Counted from the stretch's first letter, positions 44,596-54,523 are shown. The stretch: DNA of 64,000 nt from Gammaproteobacteria bacterium (GCA_965205275.1 OZ242168.1:1143276-1207275), one strand, 5' to 3'. Notes: generated from the letters alone by a model not told the origin. Program-made: numbers and translations.

Positions 44596-46626
44596 TTACC
44601 CGGCTTTCTTCTGCGGTTTTCCCAAAATACTATCTTTCATGTGAACAATTTCATCCCGAATCCTTGCGGCTTCCTCAAATTCCAGATTCCTGGCATGCCT
44701 ATACATTCTTTGTTCAAGTTGTTTGACTTTTTTCATGCCCTGTTCAGGGTTCAGATACAAATATTGCATGCTGTCCTCAGTCTCTTTGGAGAGTGTCCTC
44801 CCTGCGCCATGTTCATAGGGCGATTTACGCACTCCTTCCATGATATCTGACACTTTCTTTTTAATGCCTGTTGGTGTAACACCATGTTCTGTATTGAAAG
44901 CCATTTGTTTGATACGGCGGCGATTGGTTTCATCTATGGCACGCCGCATTGATCCGGTCAGTTCATCGGCATACATAATGGCTTTGCCGTGAATGTGTCG
45001 TGCTGCCCGACCCACAGTTTGTATCAATGATCGCTCGGAACGTAAAAAACCTTCTTTATCTGCATCAAGAATTGCCACCAGCGATACTTCGGGAATATCC
45101 AGACCTTCACGTAATAAATTTATTCCTACCAGAACATCAAAATCCGCTTTGCGTAATCCGCGTATAATTTCAACGCGTTCCACCGTATCAATATCAGAAT
45201 GCAAATAACGCACCCGAACTCCATGCTCTGCCAGATACTCGGTCAGGTCCTCAGCCATTCGCTTTGTTAACGTGGTGATTAACACGCGTTCACCTTTCTC
45301 AGCGCACCGGTTAATTTCTGATAGCACGTCATCTACCTGGGATGCCACCGGACGAACATCGATATCAGGGTCTACCAATCCTGTAGGCCGGACAACCTGC
45401 TCCGCAACTGCAGCAGACTTTTCCATCTCATAGGGGCCCGGGGTAGCAGAAACATAGATCATTTGTGGTGCCAGTACTGCGAACTCCTCAAACTTGAGCG
45501 GGCGGTTATCCAGAGCAGAAGGCAGTCGAAAGCCATATTCAACCAATGTTTCTTTACGAGAACGGTCGCCACGATACATGCCACCAAACTGTGGAACCGA
45601 CACATGGCTCTCATCCATCACCATAAGTGCATTATCGGGTAGATAATCCAGCAAACAGGGAGGCGGCTCTCCTGCTGCCCGACCCGAGAGATAACGCGAA
45701 TAGTTTTCGATTCCCGAGCAATACCCTATTTCCTGAATCATCTCCAGATCAAAACGTGTACGCTGCTCGAGACGTTGTGCTTCAACCAAACGATTTGCAT
45801 GGTTTAATTCTTTCAGGTGTTCCTTAAGTTCTTCTTTAATCTGCTCAACTGCATTCAATAGAATTTCTCTTGGCGTCACATAATGCGTTTTTGGGTAGAT
45901 GGTTAAACGGGGTACCCTGTGAATAATCTCACCCGTAAGAGGATCAAAGTAGCTCAGATTTTCAATTTCATCATCAAAAAGCTCGATACGGATCCCTTCC
46001 CGCTCCGACTCTGCAGGGTGCACATCGATAACTTCACCATGCACTCGAAAAGTACCACGTCGAAGTTCAAAATCATTACGCGAATACTGAAGTTCGGCCA
46101 AACGACGCAGCAGCTTGCGCTGATCGATGCGATCACCACGGTCAAGGTGCATGACCATGTTTAAATAAGCCTTGGGGTCACCCAGCCCGTAAATTGCAGA
46201 TACGGTCGCTACAATGATGGTATCGGGTCGCTCGAATAACGCCTTGGTTGCAGAAAGACGCATTTGCTCAATATGCTCATTGATGGATGCATCTTTCTCG
46301 ATATAGGTATCACTTGCGGGCACATAGGCCTCGGGCTGATAATAGTCATAGTACGAAACAAAATATTCTACGGCATGCTGAGGAAAAAATTCTTTCATCT
46401 CCCCGTAGAGTTGCGCGGCCAGGGTTTTATTAGGTGCCAGAATAATCGTAGCCCGTTGCACCTGTTCGATCACGTTGGCAATGGTGAAGGTCTTGCCTGA
46501 ACCGGTAACGCCCAGCAAGGTTTGATGGGCCAAACCGTCGTTCAACCCTTCAACCAGAACCTTGATTGCGTCTGGCTGATCTCCAGCTGGCGCAAACTCA
46601 GTGTCTATCCGAAATGGCTTGTGCAT
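44596..46626 (-). CDS. uvrB: Excinuclease ABC subunit B
   Basis: 676 aa; Walker A GVTGSGKT, helicase motifs and a C-terminal UVR domain. Confidence 0.93.
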   Translation of the reverse strand: MHKPFRIDTEFAPAGDQPDAIKVLVEGLNDGLAHQTLLGVTGSGKTFTIANVIEQVQRATIILAPNKTLAAQLYGEMKEFFPQHAVEYFVSYYDYYQPEAYVPASDTYIEKDASINEHIEQMRLSATKALFERPDTIIVATVSAIYGLGDPKAYLNMVMHLDRGDRIDQRKLLRRLAELQYSRNDFELRRGTFRVHGEVIDVHPAESEREGIRIELFDDEIENLSYFDPLTGEIIHRVPRLTIYPKTHYVTPREILLNAVEQIKEELKEHLKELNHANRLVEAQRLEQRTRFDLEMIQEIGYCSGIENYSRYLSGRAAGEPPPCLLDYLPDNALMVMDESHVSVPQFGGMYRGDRSRKETLVEYGFRLPSALDNRPLKFEEFAVLAPQMIYVSATPGPYEMEKSAAVAEQVVRPTGLVDPDIDVRPVASQVDDVLSEINRCAEKGERVLITTLTKRMAEDLTEYLAEHGVRVRYLHSDIDTVERVEIIRGLRKADFDVLVGINLLREGLDIPEVSLVAILDADKEGFLRSERSLIQTVGRAARHIHGKAIMYADELTGSMRRAIDETNRRRIKQMAFNTEHGVTPTGIKKKVSDIMEGVRKSPYEHGAGRTLSKETEDSMQYLYLNPEQGMKKVKQLEQRMYRHARNLEFEEAARIRDEIVHMKDSILGKPQKKAG

Positions 46627-46730
46627 ATTTTTCTCTTCGGGGCTTATCTCTTTTTGAAAGTCCCGTATACTTTACCCGGTGCTGGTGAAGCACGCTGTTT
46701 AAGATAACCAGACCCCACAAGGAGGCATCT

Positions 46731-47909
46731 TTGCAATATTCACTCGCCGATCGCGTATCGAGGATTCAACCTTCTGCAACTTTAGCCATAACTGCACGAG
46801 CAAATCAAATTCGTGCCAAAGGCGGAGACATATTGAATTTGGCCGCCGGCGAGCCTGACTTCGATACACCTGAACACATTAAAGAGGCTGCCATTTCTGC
46901 AATACGGGAGGGCAAGACCAAATACACTGCAGTTGCCGGAATAATGTCACTCAGGGAAGCTGTAATCAACAAGTTACAGCGTGACAACCAGCTTGGCTAT
47001 ACTTTAAATGAAGTCATGATTTCTACCGGTGCCAAGCAGGTACTTTATAATTTATGCCAGGCACTTCTGAATGAAGGCGATGAAGTGCTCATACCTGCAC
47101 CCTACTGGGTTTCATATCCGGATATAGTGCTTTTAGCAGGTGGCAACCCCGTCATTATTCCCAGTCAGGACGAAAACCGTTGCAAAATTACTGCTCAAGA
47201 TCTGGAAAGCAAAATTACAGACAAGACAAAACTGCTTGTCATTAACAGCCCTTCCAATCCAACAGGTACTGCCTACACCCAGGACGAACTAAGCGCTATA
47301 GGCAAGATCTTGGAAAAACATGAGCAGATATTTGTGGTGAGCGATGATATTTATGAACACATCATGTTTCGCGGACAGAAATTTTCAAACATTTTAAATG
47401 CGACGCCTTCACTGGCAGATCGCACCCTGGTTTTAAACGGTGTTTCCAAAGCCTATGCGATGACGGGATGGCGTATCGGCTATGTAGCCGGACCGGAAGC
47501 GGTTATAAAGTCCATGACAAAAATTCAGTCACAAAGTACCTCTAACCCAAGCTCCATCTCACAAGCTGCAGCAGAAGCTGCACTGGTTGGCGATCAAGGT
47601 TTTGTTGCAAACATGCGCGATGCGTTCGAGAAACGTCACGATTTCATTGTAGATGCCTTGAATAAAATCGATGGCATAAACTGTCCGCTCAGTGACGGAA
47701 CATTTTATTGTTTTCCAAACATAGAAGGCCTGATCGAAAGAACTGCAGGCGTCACTGACGATGTAGGTTTTGCAGAATATTTGCTCAATCAAGCAGGTGC
47801 CGCTGTAGTACCTGGCACTGCATTTGGATCACCTGGGTATATGCGTATCTCATATGCTACAAGCATGGATGTTCTGGAAAAAGTGGTTACTCGCCTCAAG
47901 ACACTTTGA
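46731..47909 (+). CDS. Class I PLP-dependent aspartate/aromatic aminotransferase
   Basis: 392 aa; fold-type I aminotransferase with an ...SKAYAMTGWRIGY... PLP-lysine region; divergent from uvrB. Confidence 0.8.
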   Translation: MQYSLADRVSRIQPSATLAITARANQIRAKGGDILNLAAGEPDFDTPEHIKEAAISAIREGKTKYTAVAGIMSLREAVINKLQRDNQLGYTLNEVMISTGAKQVLYNLCQALLNEGDEVLIPAPYWVSYPDIVLLAGGNPVIIPSQDENRCKITAQDLESKITDKTKLLVINSPSNPTGTAYTQDELSAIGKILEKHEQIFVVSDDIYEHIMFRGQKFSNILNATPSLADRTLVLNGVSKAYAMTGWRIGYVAGPEAVIKSMTKIQSQSTSNPSSISQAAAEAALVGDQGFVANMRDAFEKRHDFIVDALNKIDGINCPLSDGTFYCFPNIEGLIERTAGVTDDVGFAEYLLNQAGAAVVPGTAFGSPGYMRISYATSMDVLEKVVTRLKTL

Positions 47910-47982
47910 GCCGGATGCAGCAGAGTAATCTGACCCATGGTTAAAGTCAAAACACCATACAATCAGCGATATTACGATCCGG

Positions 47983-48011
47983 CGTTGACCTGTGTATAGT
48001 GGATCGTTACC
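47983..48011 (+). promoter_or_regulatory. Putative sigma70 promoter for tRNA-Asn
   Basis: TTGACC, then a 17-bp spacer, then TACCAT, ending about 15 bp upstream of the mature tRNA 5' end. Confidence 0.3.
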
Positions 48012-48026
48012 ATTTCCTGTTTATTT

Positions 48027-48102
48027 TCCCCGGTAGCTCAGTTGGTAGAGCGGGTGACTGTTAATCACTAGGTCGGCGGTTCGAGCCCGTCCCGGGGAGC
48101 CA
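48027..48102 (+). tRNA. tRNA-Asn (anticodon GTT)
   Basis: TCCCCGGTAGCTCAGTTGGTAGAGCGGGTGACTGTTAATCACTAGGTCGGCGGTTCGAGCCCGTCCCGGGGAGCCA; anticodon loop CTGTTAA; near-identical to E. coli asn tRNAs. Confidence 0.92.
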
Positions 48103-48371
48103 ATAAATACAACAAGTTATGATATATAACCTCAGAAAGTTAATACTCATATAGGCACTATATAGGCATTTAGCCATTAGATGCACTACTTTATACAGCT
48201 GTTAAGAGCTTATTAACTCACGTTACCCATACCTTCAAATATCCATTTTAGACCAAATAAAGTCGGCAAAAAATAGTTTGTTACAAACAGTCTGACCATG
48301 ACATCTAGATTGTCCGTCAATTGTTAGGTGCTAAGGTGCTACTACCAATTCGAGAGAAGCAACGGTCTTCG

Positions 48372-49244
48372 ATGGGAAAGAAATCACCGAGTGTAGGGCT
48401 TAGGCAAGCCCAAGTACTGTGTACGATGGACCACAAGCAGCGGCTTGCATATATAGCCGAAGGGCTTCCCATAATTCTCAGTAGTGCCGAAGGTTACTGG
48501 GACGCGGCGTGCCGATTGAAGGATATGCCGCGCGAAGCTGAGGTGCTGCAAGGCCATGCTACGGAGGAAGCTGCAAAGATCCTCATTCTCATGGATGCCG
48601 TACGGTGTCCTGAGAAACTTGTTGCGTCAAAGATGGGAACAATTGTTCGATCATTCTACAATCATCTGGCCCGGATCATCTACGCCGAAACGGTGTATCG
48701 GAAACCGATTAATTTAGAACGATTGCGAGAATATGTTGATTCAAAACGGGCATCACATTATGTTGAGAGTGATCTTGGCGGGGATATTTTTCCGAATTGG
48801 AGCCTCTTCACTCGTGAGTATCCTCTTTATGCAGACATCATGTGTGGAGACTATGGAGAGCCTGGCTGGAATACACCCAGTGACGATGGTATGGGATTTT
48901 CTTTAAATCTACCCCCGGTCCTCGAATTGGCAAGAGCTATGTCTGCCGTTGGTCTGTTTACGCTAGAAGGCTTAGAAGCAACATCAGAGATTTGGGATCA
49001 GATGACGTTCACTGAGTTAGAGTCACACACCGATACCGAACGCCTCACAACGCAACTTCTTCAAAGGTTAGATGATGAACGTCTCCTAACCGCAGCAGCT
49101 AAGCAATCACACTTCAAAGTACTGTTAAATACTTGGCAAATGCCCATGTACGACTTTGACTTCAGTCTCATCAATGTTTCCAAAGAGAAACTCAAAGATA
49201 TCCAGGATGGATTATATGCAGCAGAAGTCGGATACGATTTTTAG
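48372..49244 (+). CDS. Hypothetical protein of about 290 aa, first gene after tRNA-Asn
   Basis: Long ORF with no family I can assign from memory. The first in-frame ATG is at 48372 (MGKKSP...); the track's 48321 start is a TTG. Confidence 0.45.
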   Translation: MGKKSPSVGLRQAQVLCTMDHKQRLAYIAEGLPIILSSAEGYWDAACRLKDMPREAEVLQGHATEEAAKILILMDAVRCPEKLVASKMGTIVRSFYNHLARIIYAETVYRKPINLERLREYVDSKRASHYVESDLGGDIFPNWSLFTREYPLYADIMCGDYGEPGWNTPSDDGMGFSLNLPPVLELARAMSAVGLFTLEGLEATSEIWDQMTFTELESHTDTERLTTQLLQRLDDERLLTAAAKQSHFKVLLNTWQMPMYDFDFSLINVSKEKLKDIQDGLYAAEVGYDF

Positions 49245-49375
49245 CATTACAGACTTGAATGTCTAATAATCCTAGTTATAGGACATTTGAATGAGCAGCG
49301 CTGGTAATTAACAGGTCTGAATTACAAGGCAAGTGAGAGGAGTGCAGATGCTATGACGTGGATGCCAGAGGATGA

Positions 49376-49490
49376 GGGAGAGGGGGTACGCCTAATGCTC
49401 GATTTGGCAGACCCCCCCACCCCACCTTTGCATGACACCCCGCATACCCCTGTATTAACAAGTAGACATATATTTCAGAAAAATTTTGCC
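49376..49490. repeat. Copy A of a roughly 115-bp direct repeat; copy B lies at 52985-53100
   Basis: Shared blocks gggtacgcctaatgctcgat and gt(a/g)ttaac(a/g)agtagacatatatttcag(a/g)aaaat, separated by a C-rich variable centre. Confidence 0.8.
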
Positions 49491-49647
49491 CACGTTCTGA
49501 TCAAGTTGGATTTCATAACATTTCCATGACATCTCAACTTGAAATTGATTTAGTATTTTTGAAGAGAACATCTATGAAACGGTAGGGTGTTATCTATCTA
49601 ATCTCTGTTGTTGTACTTCACCCACCTGCGTTACGCTAGGAGGGGGT

Positions 49648-49809
49648 ATGGCAATAAAACCCTTTCTATATTTTCTGACCCGTGATGGAGAAGACAAGGA
49701 GGACCTGCACTTCACTAGGGTTCGTGGGGGTAAGGTTCCCAGTCAACCAAATGTTTGGGCAATGCATATGGACATTGAAGACCCTGCGAATTTAGGATCT
49801 TTTATCTAG
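49648..49809 (+). CDS. Small ORF (53 aa) with a perfect SD, translationally coupled to the downstream 172-aa gene
   Basis: AGGAGG sits 4 nt upstream of the ATG at 49648. MAIKPFLYFLTRDGEDKEDLHFTRVRGGKVPSQPNVWAMHMDIEDPANLGSFI, with the stop 3 nt before the next ATG. Not in the ORF track because it is under 60 aa. Confidence 0.4.
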   Translation: MAIKPFLYFLTRDGEDKEDLHFTRVRGGKVPSQPNVWAMHMDIEDPANLGSFI

Positions 49810-49812
49810 GCT

Positions 49813-50331
49813 ATGCCAAACGGAGGCTCGGACTGTTGCGGAACCTGCTGGTTCAACCGAACTAACCAGGGCAAGCGTGACTGGCTAAAACATGCTGACA
49901 AGTCGGTGCCGCCCTATTGCGAAATCAGGAACCTGGCCATCGAGGATCCCTTCTACACCTACTGCGCCAACCATCCACACCGACGGCCCGATCGCGACCC
50001 CATACCGATTGGCCCGGTGATGTGCCATGGTGGCTGGAAGGGCCCTTTAGACGAGCACCCGCGGACCGTGTGGAAGCGCTCGCCGGATTCCGAAGAGATC
50101 CGTCAACACCTGCTCAACCTGCTGCAGTCCCTGCCCGAACTGATAAGCAAAGACTGGTACCCGATTGGGACTGGGTTGGTATTAACGATTCTGTGGCAAC
50201 TTGGTGAGTTCGGAGAGCAACGGGCAGTTGGGGATCTTGAATGGATTTGTGAGAACAGTGAAGGGTCTTTGCACGAGGCTGCGAACGAAGCACTCGCGAA
50301 AATCCGGGGAATGCATGACGAACGTTCCTGA
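49813..50331 (+). CDS. Hypothetical Cys/His-rich protein with a C-terminal HEAT/PBS-lyase-like repeat
   Basis: 172 aa; N-terminal cluster DCCGTCW...C...C..H.H...CH; C-terminus ...QRAVGDLEWICENSEGSLHEAANEALAKI resembles a HEAT-like repeat. GC content is visibly higher than in flanking DNA. Confidence 0.5.
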   Translation: MPNGGSDCCGTCWFNRTNQGKRDWLKHADKSVPPYCEIRNLAIEDPFYTYCANHPHRRPDRDPIPIGPVMCHGGWKGPLDEHPRTVWKRSPDSEEIRQHLLNLLQSLPELISKDWYPIGTGLVLTILWQLGEFGEQRAVGDLEWICENSEGSLHEAANEALAKIRGMHDERS

Positions 50332-50630
50332 AGTCTGCTCCGGAACATGACGCTCTGGCAGGTCGGTCAGGGCAACGAGGTCATCTCTGGACCGCGTCCC
50401 GGCCCTTCGAGCTAGACACCTGCAGCCATGAGGCCGACTGGATAGCCATTGTCTACTCCGCGCATGGATTCCGGTTCCCTGTACTGGTGGATCCACATGT
50501 AATTTCGCACCGTGCTTCATTCATTGAATAAAAGGCCTCCGCATTCAGCACTTCATACTGGAGTGCCATTTAATCTGACCGTCATCACGCTTCTTGCCGT
50601 CATGCTGACTCGCTTATTATACTTTTTTTG

Positions 50631-50813
50631 TCATTCTATAAGCGGTGCTCGGTTTGATAGTGCCTGGAAACATTCGGAAGAAGTATTCAAAAGTTTGACA
50701 CTACAACTTTCAATATGCCTTTCCACTTCATCAAATGCCCAAATACTGTCTTTTATTTCCTTTCTGTCAAACAAAACCCTATTTATATAGCATCTTTTTC
50801 TAATAAAGTCTTG
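50631..50813 (-). pseudogene. Displaced C-terminal about 60 codons of the AT-rich ORF split by the IS481-family insertion
   Basis: After removing the IS and one copy of the GAAAC duplication, the 51994..52704 frame continues without a stop as ...EQFQDFIRKRCYINRVLFDRKEIKDSIWAFDEVERHIESCSVKLLNTSSECFQALSNRAPLIE*. It has no Met, so it is absent from the ORF track. Confidence 0.55.
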
Positions 50814-50817
50814 AAAC

Positions 50818-51998
50818 TGTATGGGTTCAGTACCTATGGCACTGTGGGATCAGGCGGCCTCCAGGGTGACAAGGTACTCGTTGGGCGTTTTCCAGTCGAG
50901 TGCTGCGTGGGGGCGTTCATAGTTGTAGAAGAACTCATAGCCGGCGAGGGCGGCCTGCACCGGGTCGATGCTCAGGGGGCCATCGTAGCGTCCCCAGAAC
51001 TCGATGCGGGCAGCGCGGTTGGCGCGTTCCACACAGCCGTTGTACTGGGGATGCTTGGGCGGCAACACATGCAGCGGGATGTGCAGCGCTTCACAGGACG
51101 CCTCGAAGCCGGCCATGAACTCGCTGCCGCCGTCGACCTGGATGGAGACGAGCGGGAACGGCAGGGCCGCCAGCAGTTCGTGCAGGAAGCGGCGGGCGTG
51201 CCCGGCAGTGGCCCGTGAGCAGGCGCGCGTGACCATGAACTTCGACACCGGGCACACGGCGCGGAACTCCTTGACGGTGTCGCCGTCTCGCACATAGGTC
51301 ATGTGGTCGATCTGCATCAGCTCGCCCGGGGTACGCGCCTTCGCGCCGTACTTCCAGCGCCGTGCCCAGCGGGCGAAGCGGCGCGGGCGCTTCGGCGCAT
51401 GCCTGCCTTCGCAGAACGCGGCGGGCCGGATCACACCGCGGGCCAGCGCCCGGCTGAGGATGCGCCCGACGCTCGACACACTCAGTGCCACGCCCTCGCG
51501 CCCCAGCAGGACCTGCAGGCGCGCCTTGCCCATAAACGGGTACTTGCGGCGCAGGGCCAGCACCGCCCTCACGTCCTGCGGCGTATAGGCCGGACACCGG
51601 TGCCGCCGCGGGCGGCTCGAATGCGGCGCCAGGGCGTGCACACCGCCTGCGGCCAGGACGGCCTTCCAGCGGTACAGGGTGCGCCGGCTGATCTCCAGCT
51701 GCTCCAGGGCGCCGGCCTCGCTGCAGCCCGCCGCACGCAAGCGCTGGTACGCCTGCAACCTGCGGTAGCGCTCACCCGCCGCCTCGGGTACGTGTTCGTC
51801 GACCTTGAAGCTCTTGTATGATCGAATACGAAGGGATTTAATGTCCATGCTCGGGTCTCCTGTTCCAGTGGCTGTGGTTGGTTCACTGGAGGATACCCGA
51901 TCCGGTGCAGAGAGAGGCCACGCCTCCCTCTGCACCCCCTCATTCAGATCCCTTGCTCACGATCACTGAAAAGTGCCATAGGTGTCTGAACCTTTACA
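50818..51998 (-). mobile_element. IS481-family insertion sequence (about 1.18 kb) with imperfect terminal inverted repeats and a 5-bp target duplication GAAAC
   Basis: Left end TGTATGGGTTCAGTACCTATGGCACT; right-end reverse complement TGTAAAGGTTCAGACACCTATGGCACT. GAAAC flanks both ends (50813-50817 and 51999-52003). Strongly GC-rich compared with the surrounding DNA. Confidence 0.7.
50850..51935 (-). CDS. IS481-family DDE transposase
   Basis: 361 aa; N-terminal helix-turn-helix, an integrase core, and a C-terminus ...FYNYERPHAALDWKTPNEYL typical of IS481/IS3 integrase-type transposases. Confidence 0.85.
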   Translation of the reverse strand: MQREAWPLSAPDRVSSSEPTTATGTGDPSMDIKSLRIRSYKSFKVDEHVPEAAGERYRRLQAYQRLRAAGCSEAGALEQLEISRRTLYRWKAVLAAGGVHALAPHSSRPRRHRCPAYTPQDVRAVLALRRKYPFMGKARLQVLLGREGVALSVSSVGRILSRALARGVIRPAAFCEGRHAPKRPRRFARWARRWKYGAKARTPGELMQIDHMTYVRDGDTVKEFRAVCPVSKFMVTRACSRATAGHARRFLHELLAALPFPLVSIQVDGGSEFMAGFEASCEALHIPLHVLPPKHPQYNGCVERANRAARIEFWGRYDGPLSIDPVQAALAGYEFFYNYERPHAALDWKTPNEYLVTLEAA

Positions 51999-52704
51999 GA
52001 AACTGTTCATCCGGATATTGCTTGGATAAATCTTCATTAAATTCTTCAATATCTTTTGGACGTAAAATTGGAACCATGTATTCGAAGTAATGATGAGGAG
52101 CAACGTCATACATTTCTATTCTTGGTTCCATCCGGTGGATTTTTAAATGTCGGTACTTTTGGATGCGCTTAAAGTCTTCTCCCTCTAATTTTTTTAATGA
52201 TGCCAAAAAAACATCTTGATTTTTTATGGTTATCCCAAATTTTACCGGGAATTCGAGGCGATCAATAATTTGCGAATAATCTAATACTTCATCTCTATAT
52301 TCTGGATTGAATGGACAATAGTAAGCCCAAACCATTAATGCGAGCTTATCTTGGCATGAATCGATTTTTGTAATGCAGTTATCTGCAAAGTATGACACAT
52401 GAAAATTTGCATGGGTTGGCTGTGAATTAGGGTTAACTTTATCCTTATAATACTTAGCATAGGCTTTCATCCAACAATAGCCATACACAATCTCTTTGCA
52501 TAATGAATTAACATTAAATGCCCAGTTGACAGCATTAAATCTAGGATCAAAGGGTAATGCATTTCTACGGATTGCTTGGTTAATCCGGTCAAATGATTTT
52601 ACGAATTGCTTCCAATCTTGGGTTGCAACAAAATTTTCTTCCTCTTTAACAAAGTAGCTTTCCACTGTAGGAAGAGATGATTTTGAATCTGAACTTTCTT
52701 TCAT
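51994..52704 (-). pseudogene. N-terminal 234 codons of an AT-rich hypothetical gene, interrupted at its 3' end by the IS481-family element
   Basis: The ORF is MKESSDSKSS...KQYPDEQFL. Its last codon and its stop codon lie inside the IS right inverted repeat. It contains RHLKIH, a possible HEPN-like Rx4H motif. Codon usage is very AT-rich relative to the core genome. Confidence 0.55.
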
Positions 52705-52984
52705 TTTGATAAGCTGATTCCTCCATTAATTAGCCTAAAAGTGTATTAAATGGATAACTGGGTTGCACTGTCTCTCTTACTTGATTCAGGTTCGGGTGTA
52801 AAACTCTCATAACGGCTTTGTATCAGGGGATCATCATGAGCTAACGATTCAGTGAATCGGAGATCGCTAACCTGTTACAAGCCATTGAGGCCAAGATCAG
52901 TGAAGGTGTGGGGATTGTAAAGAGGTTCTGTATACTTGCGATCAGTACAAGATCTACTATAGGAGGCACTCAGGCAAATCAATG

Positions 52985-53100
52985 GCCGCTGGATGCAATG
53001 AGGAAAGGGTACGCCTAATGCTCGATCACGCATGACCTCCCATCCCCCCATGAGTGACATCCTTCGTACCTCTGTGTTAACGAGTAGACATATATTTCAG
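52985..53100. repeat. Copy B of the roughly 115-bp direct repeat
   Basis: Aligns with 49376-49490, with identical 20-bp and roughly 35-bp blocks. Confidence 0.8.
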
Positions 53101-53320
53101 GAAAATAGGCTTTGTATTTTTGGGGAAGTGACACAAATAGAAGGTTAACCCCTATGCTTGGATCAGTTTTTGAGGATAACATCAGAGGCTACCAATTTAG
53201 GTTTTGTATAAAAACTTAGAAAGAAATTCGGGAAAATTCTCACCGTTACTCAAGCCTTTAGCAGGCAAAATTCTGTCAGCTACTTGGTGTCGTCTAGACT
53301 GCAATTGATCCTTAACCAGA

Positions 53321-53613
53321 TTACCATCGAAGTACTTTAGAATCGTGAAAAACAGGTAGCTGCATCCATTTTGGAGTTATGAGAAGTTCTTTGCCGTAAT
53401 GTCGCTGATTTGCAGTATAGCGTAAGGAGTAAGGACGAATATTTGCCCACGTATGATACATCGCACGAATTTTCGGACAGTCGTCATAAGTTAAAATCCA
53501 AGCCTTGCGGGCCATAAATCTTAGTTTATTTGCTAATGTATGGTGATACTTCTTATCAAGAGTATCCATGTATAGTGTTGCTCCTTTTTCAAAGTGGTCT
53601 TCTCCCCGATAAC
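53321..53613 (-). pseudogene. C-terminal fragment of a Dam-family (N6-adenine) DNA methyltransferase, truncated by the IS3-family insertion
   Basis: ...KAWILTYDDCPKIRAMYHTWANIRPYSLRYTANQRHYGKELLI aligns with the E. coli Dam C-terminus (...IPVLISNHDTMLTREWY...VRRSISSNGGTRKKVDELLA). The frame is open from 53569 up to the IS boundary at 53613, with no N-terminal catalytic part. Confidence 0.5.
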
Positions 53614-53692
53614 TGATCCGGGCATAGTGCGAAAAATCTCGTTAATGGAGGTCACCCATTTTTAGTACCAGACCGAATGCGAATCTGGCGGG

Positions 53693-54523
53693 TTATGCGG
53701 CCTTTAAAACCGCGTACTGACTGGGCGACAGATCATTGAGAGCCCTGTGAGGTCGACTCTCATTATACTCCTGCCTCCAGGCCTCTATCTTCTCCTTTGC
53801 TTCCTCCAATGACAAGAACCAATGCCGGTTCAAACACTCGTCCCGAAAACTGCGGTTAAACGATTCGATGTACGCATTGTCGGTCGGCCTGACAGGTCGA
53901 CTGAACATCAAGGTGACTTGGTGCTGATACGCCCACAGGCCCGTAAGCCGACCGGAAAACTCGCTGCCGTTATCACAGTACATCCGTTTCGGAACCCCTC
54001 TCTGGCACCGGATCTGTTCCAAGGCCTTTACGACCTCGACCGCACCCATCCTGAACGCGGAGGCTGCCGCCAGACACTCGCGCGTATACACGTCGATCAC
54101 CGTCAGTACCCGCAGCCTGGAGCCCCCATGCAGCCGATCCGCCACAAAATCCATCGCCCAGGACTCATTCCGCCTGGTGGCCCGAACCGGCGGCTTGTGA
54201 CGGTGTGCCGCACTCACATGCCGGCGAGGCCGTTTGCGGTACAGCTGCAGCCTCTCCAGGCAATACAGCCGGTATACCCGCTTGTGGTTCACCCGCATCC
54301 CCTCACGCCTGAGCAGCACATGAATCCGTTTATACCCGTAGCGCACCCGTGCGTGGGACAACTCCCGGATCCGCTGGCGTAATGCACCCTGACCTGGCTT
54401 GCAGCTCACATACCGGCAGGTCCCCCGGGACAACCGTAATACCCGACAGGCATGCCGCTCACTGACCCGGTACGCCCCCTGAAGATCGCGCGCCGCTTGC
54501 CTGCGCTGCGCCGCGCTCACCAC
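53693..54523 (-). CDS. IS3-family transposase OrfB (DDE integrase core)
   Basis: 276 aa; rve-type integrase core with a ...HSDQGSQY-like region and a C-terminus ...YNESRPHRALNDLSPSQY. Confidence 0.85.
   Translation of the reverse strand: MVSAAQRRQAARDLQGAYRVSERHACRVLRLSRGTCRYVSCKPGQGALRQRIRELSHARVRYGYKRIHVLLRREGMRVNHKRVYRLYCLERLQLYRKRPRRHVSAAHRHKPPVRATRRNESWAMDFVADRLHGGSRLRVLTVIDVYTRECLAAASAFRMGAVEVVKALEQIRCQRGVPKRMYCDNGSEFSGRLTGLWAYQHQVTLMFSRPVRPTDNAYIESFNRSFRDECLNRHWFLSLEEAKEKIEAWRQEYNESRPHRALNDLSPSQYAVLKAA

Noticed and set aside
50182-50520. 112-aa minus-strand ORF between the 172-aa gene and the IS.
   Set aside because: It overlaps the 3' end of the 172-aa gene in a GC-rich stretch and shows no features, so it is likely spurious.
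50900-51943. Many overlapping ORFs of 70-170 aa on both strands inside the GC-rich IS481 element (e.g. 51091-51597, 51303-51821, 51569-51943).
   Set aside because: High GC suppresses stop codons. They all overlap the well-supported 361-aa transposase and have no independent support, so they are shadow ORFs.
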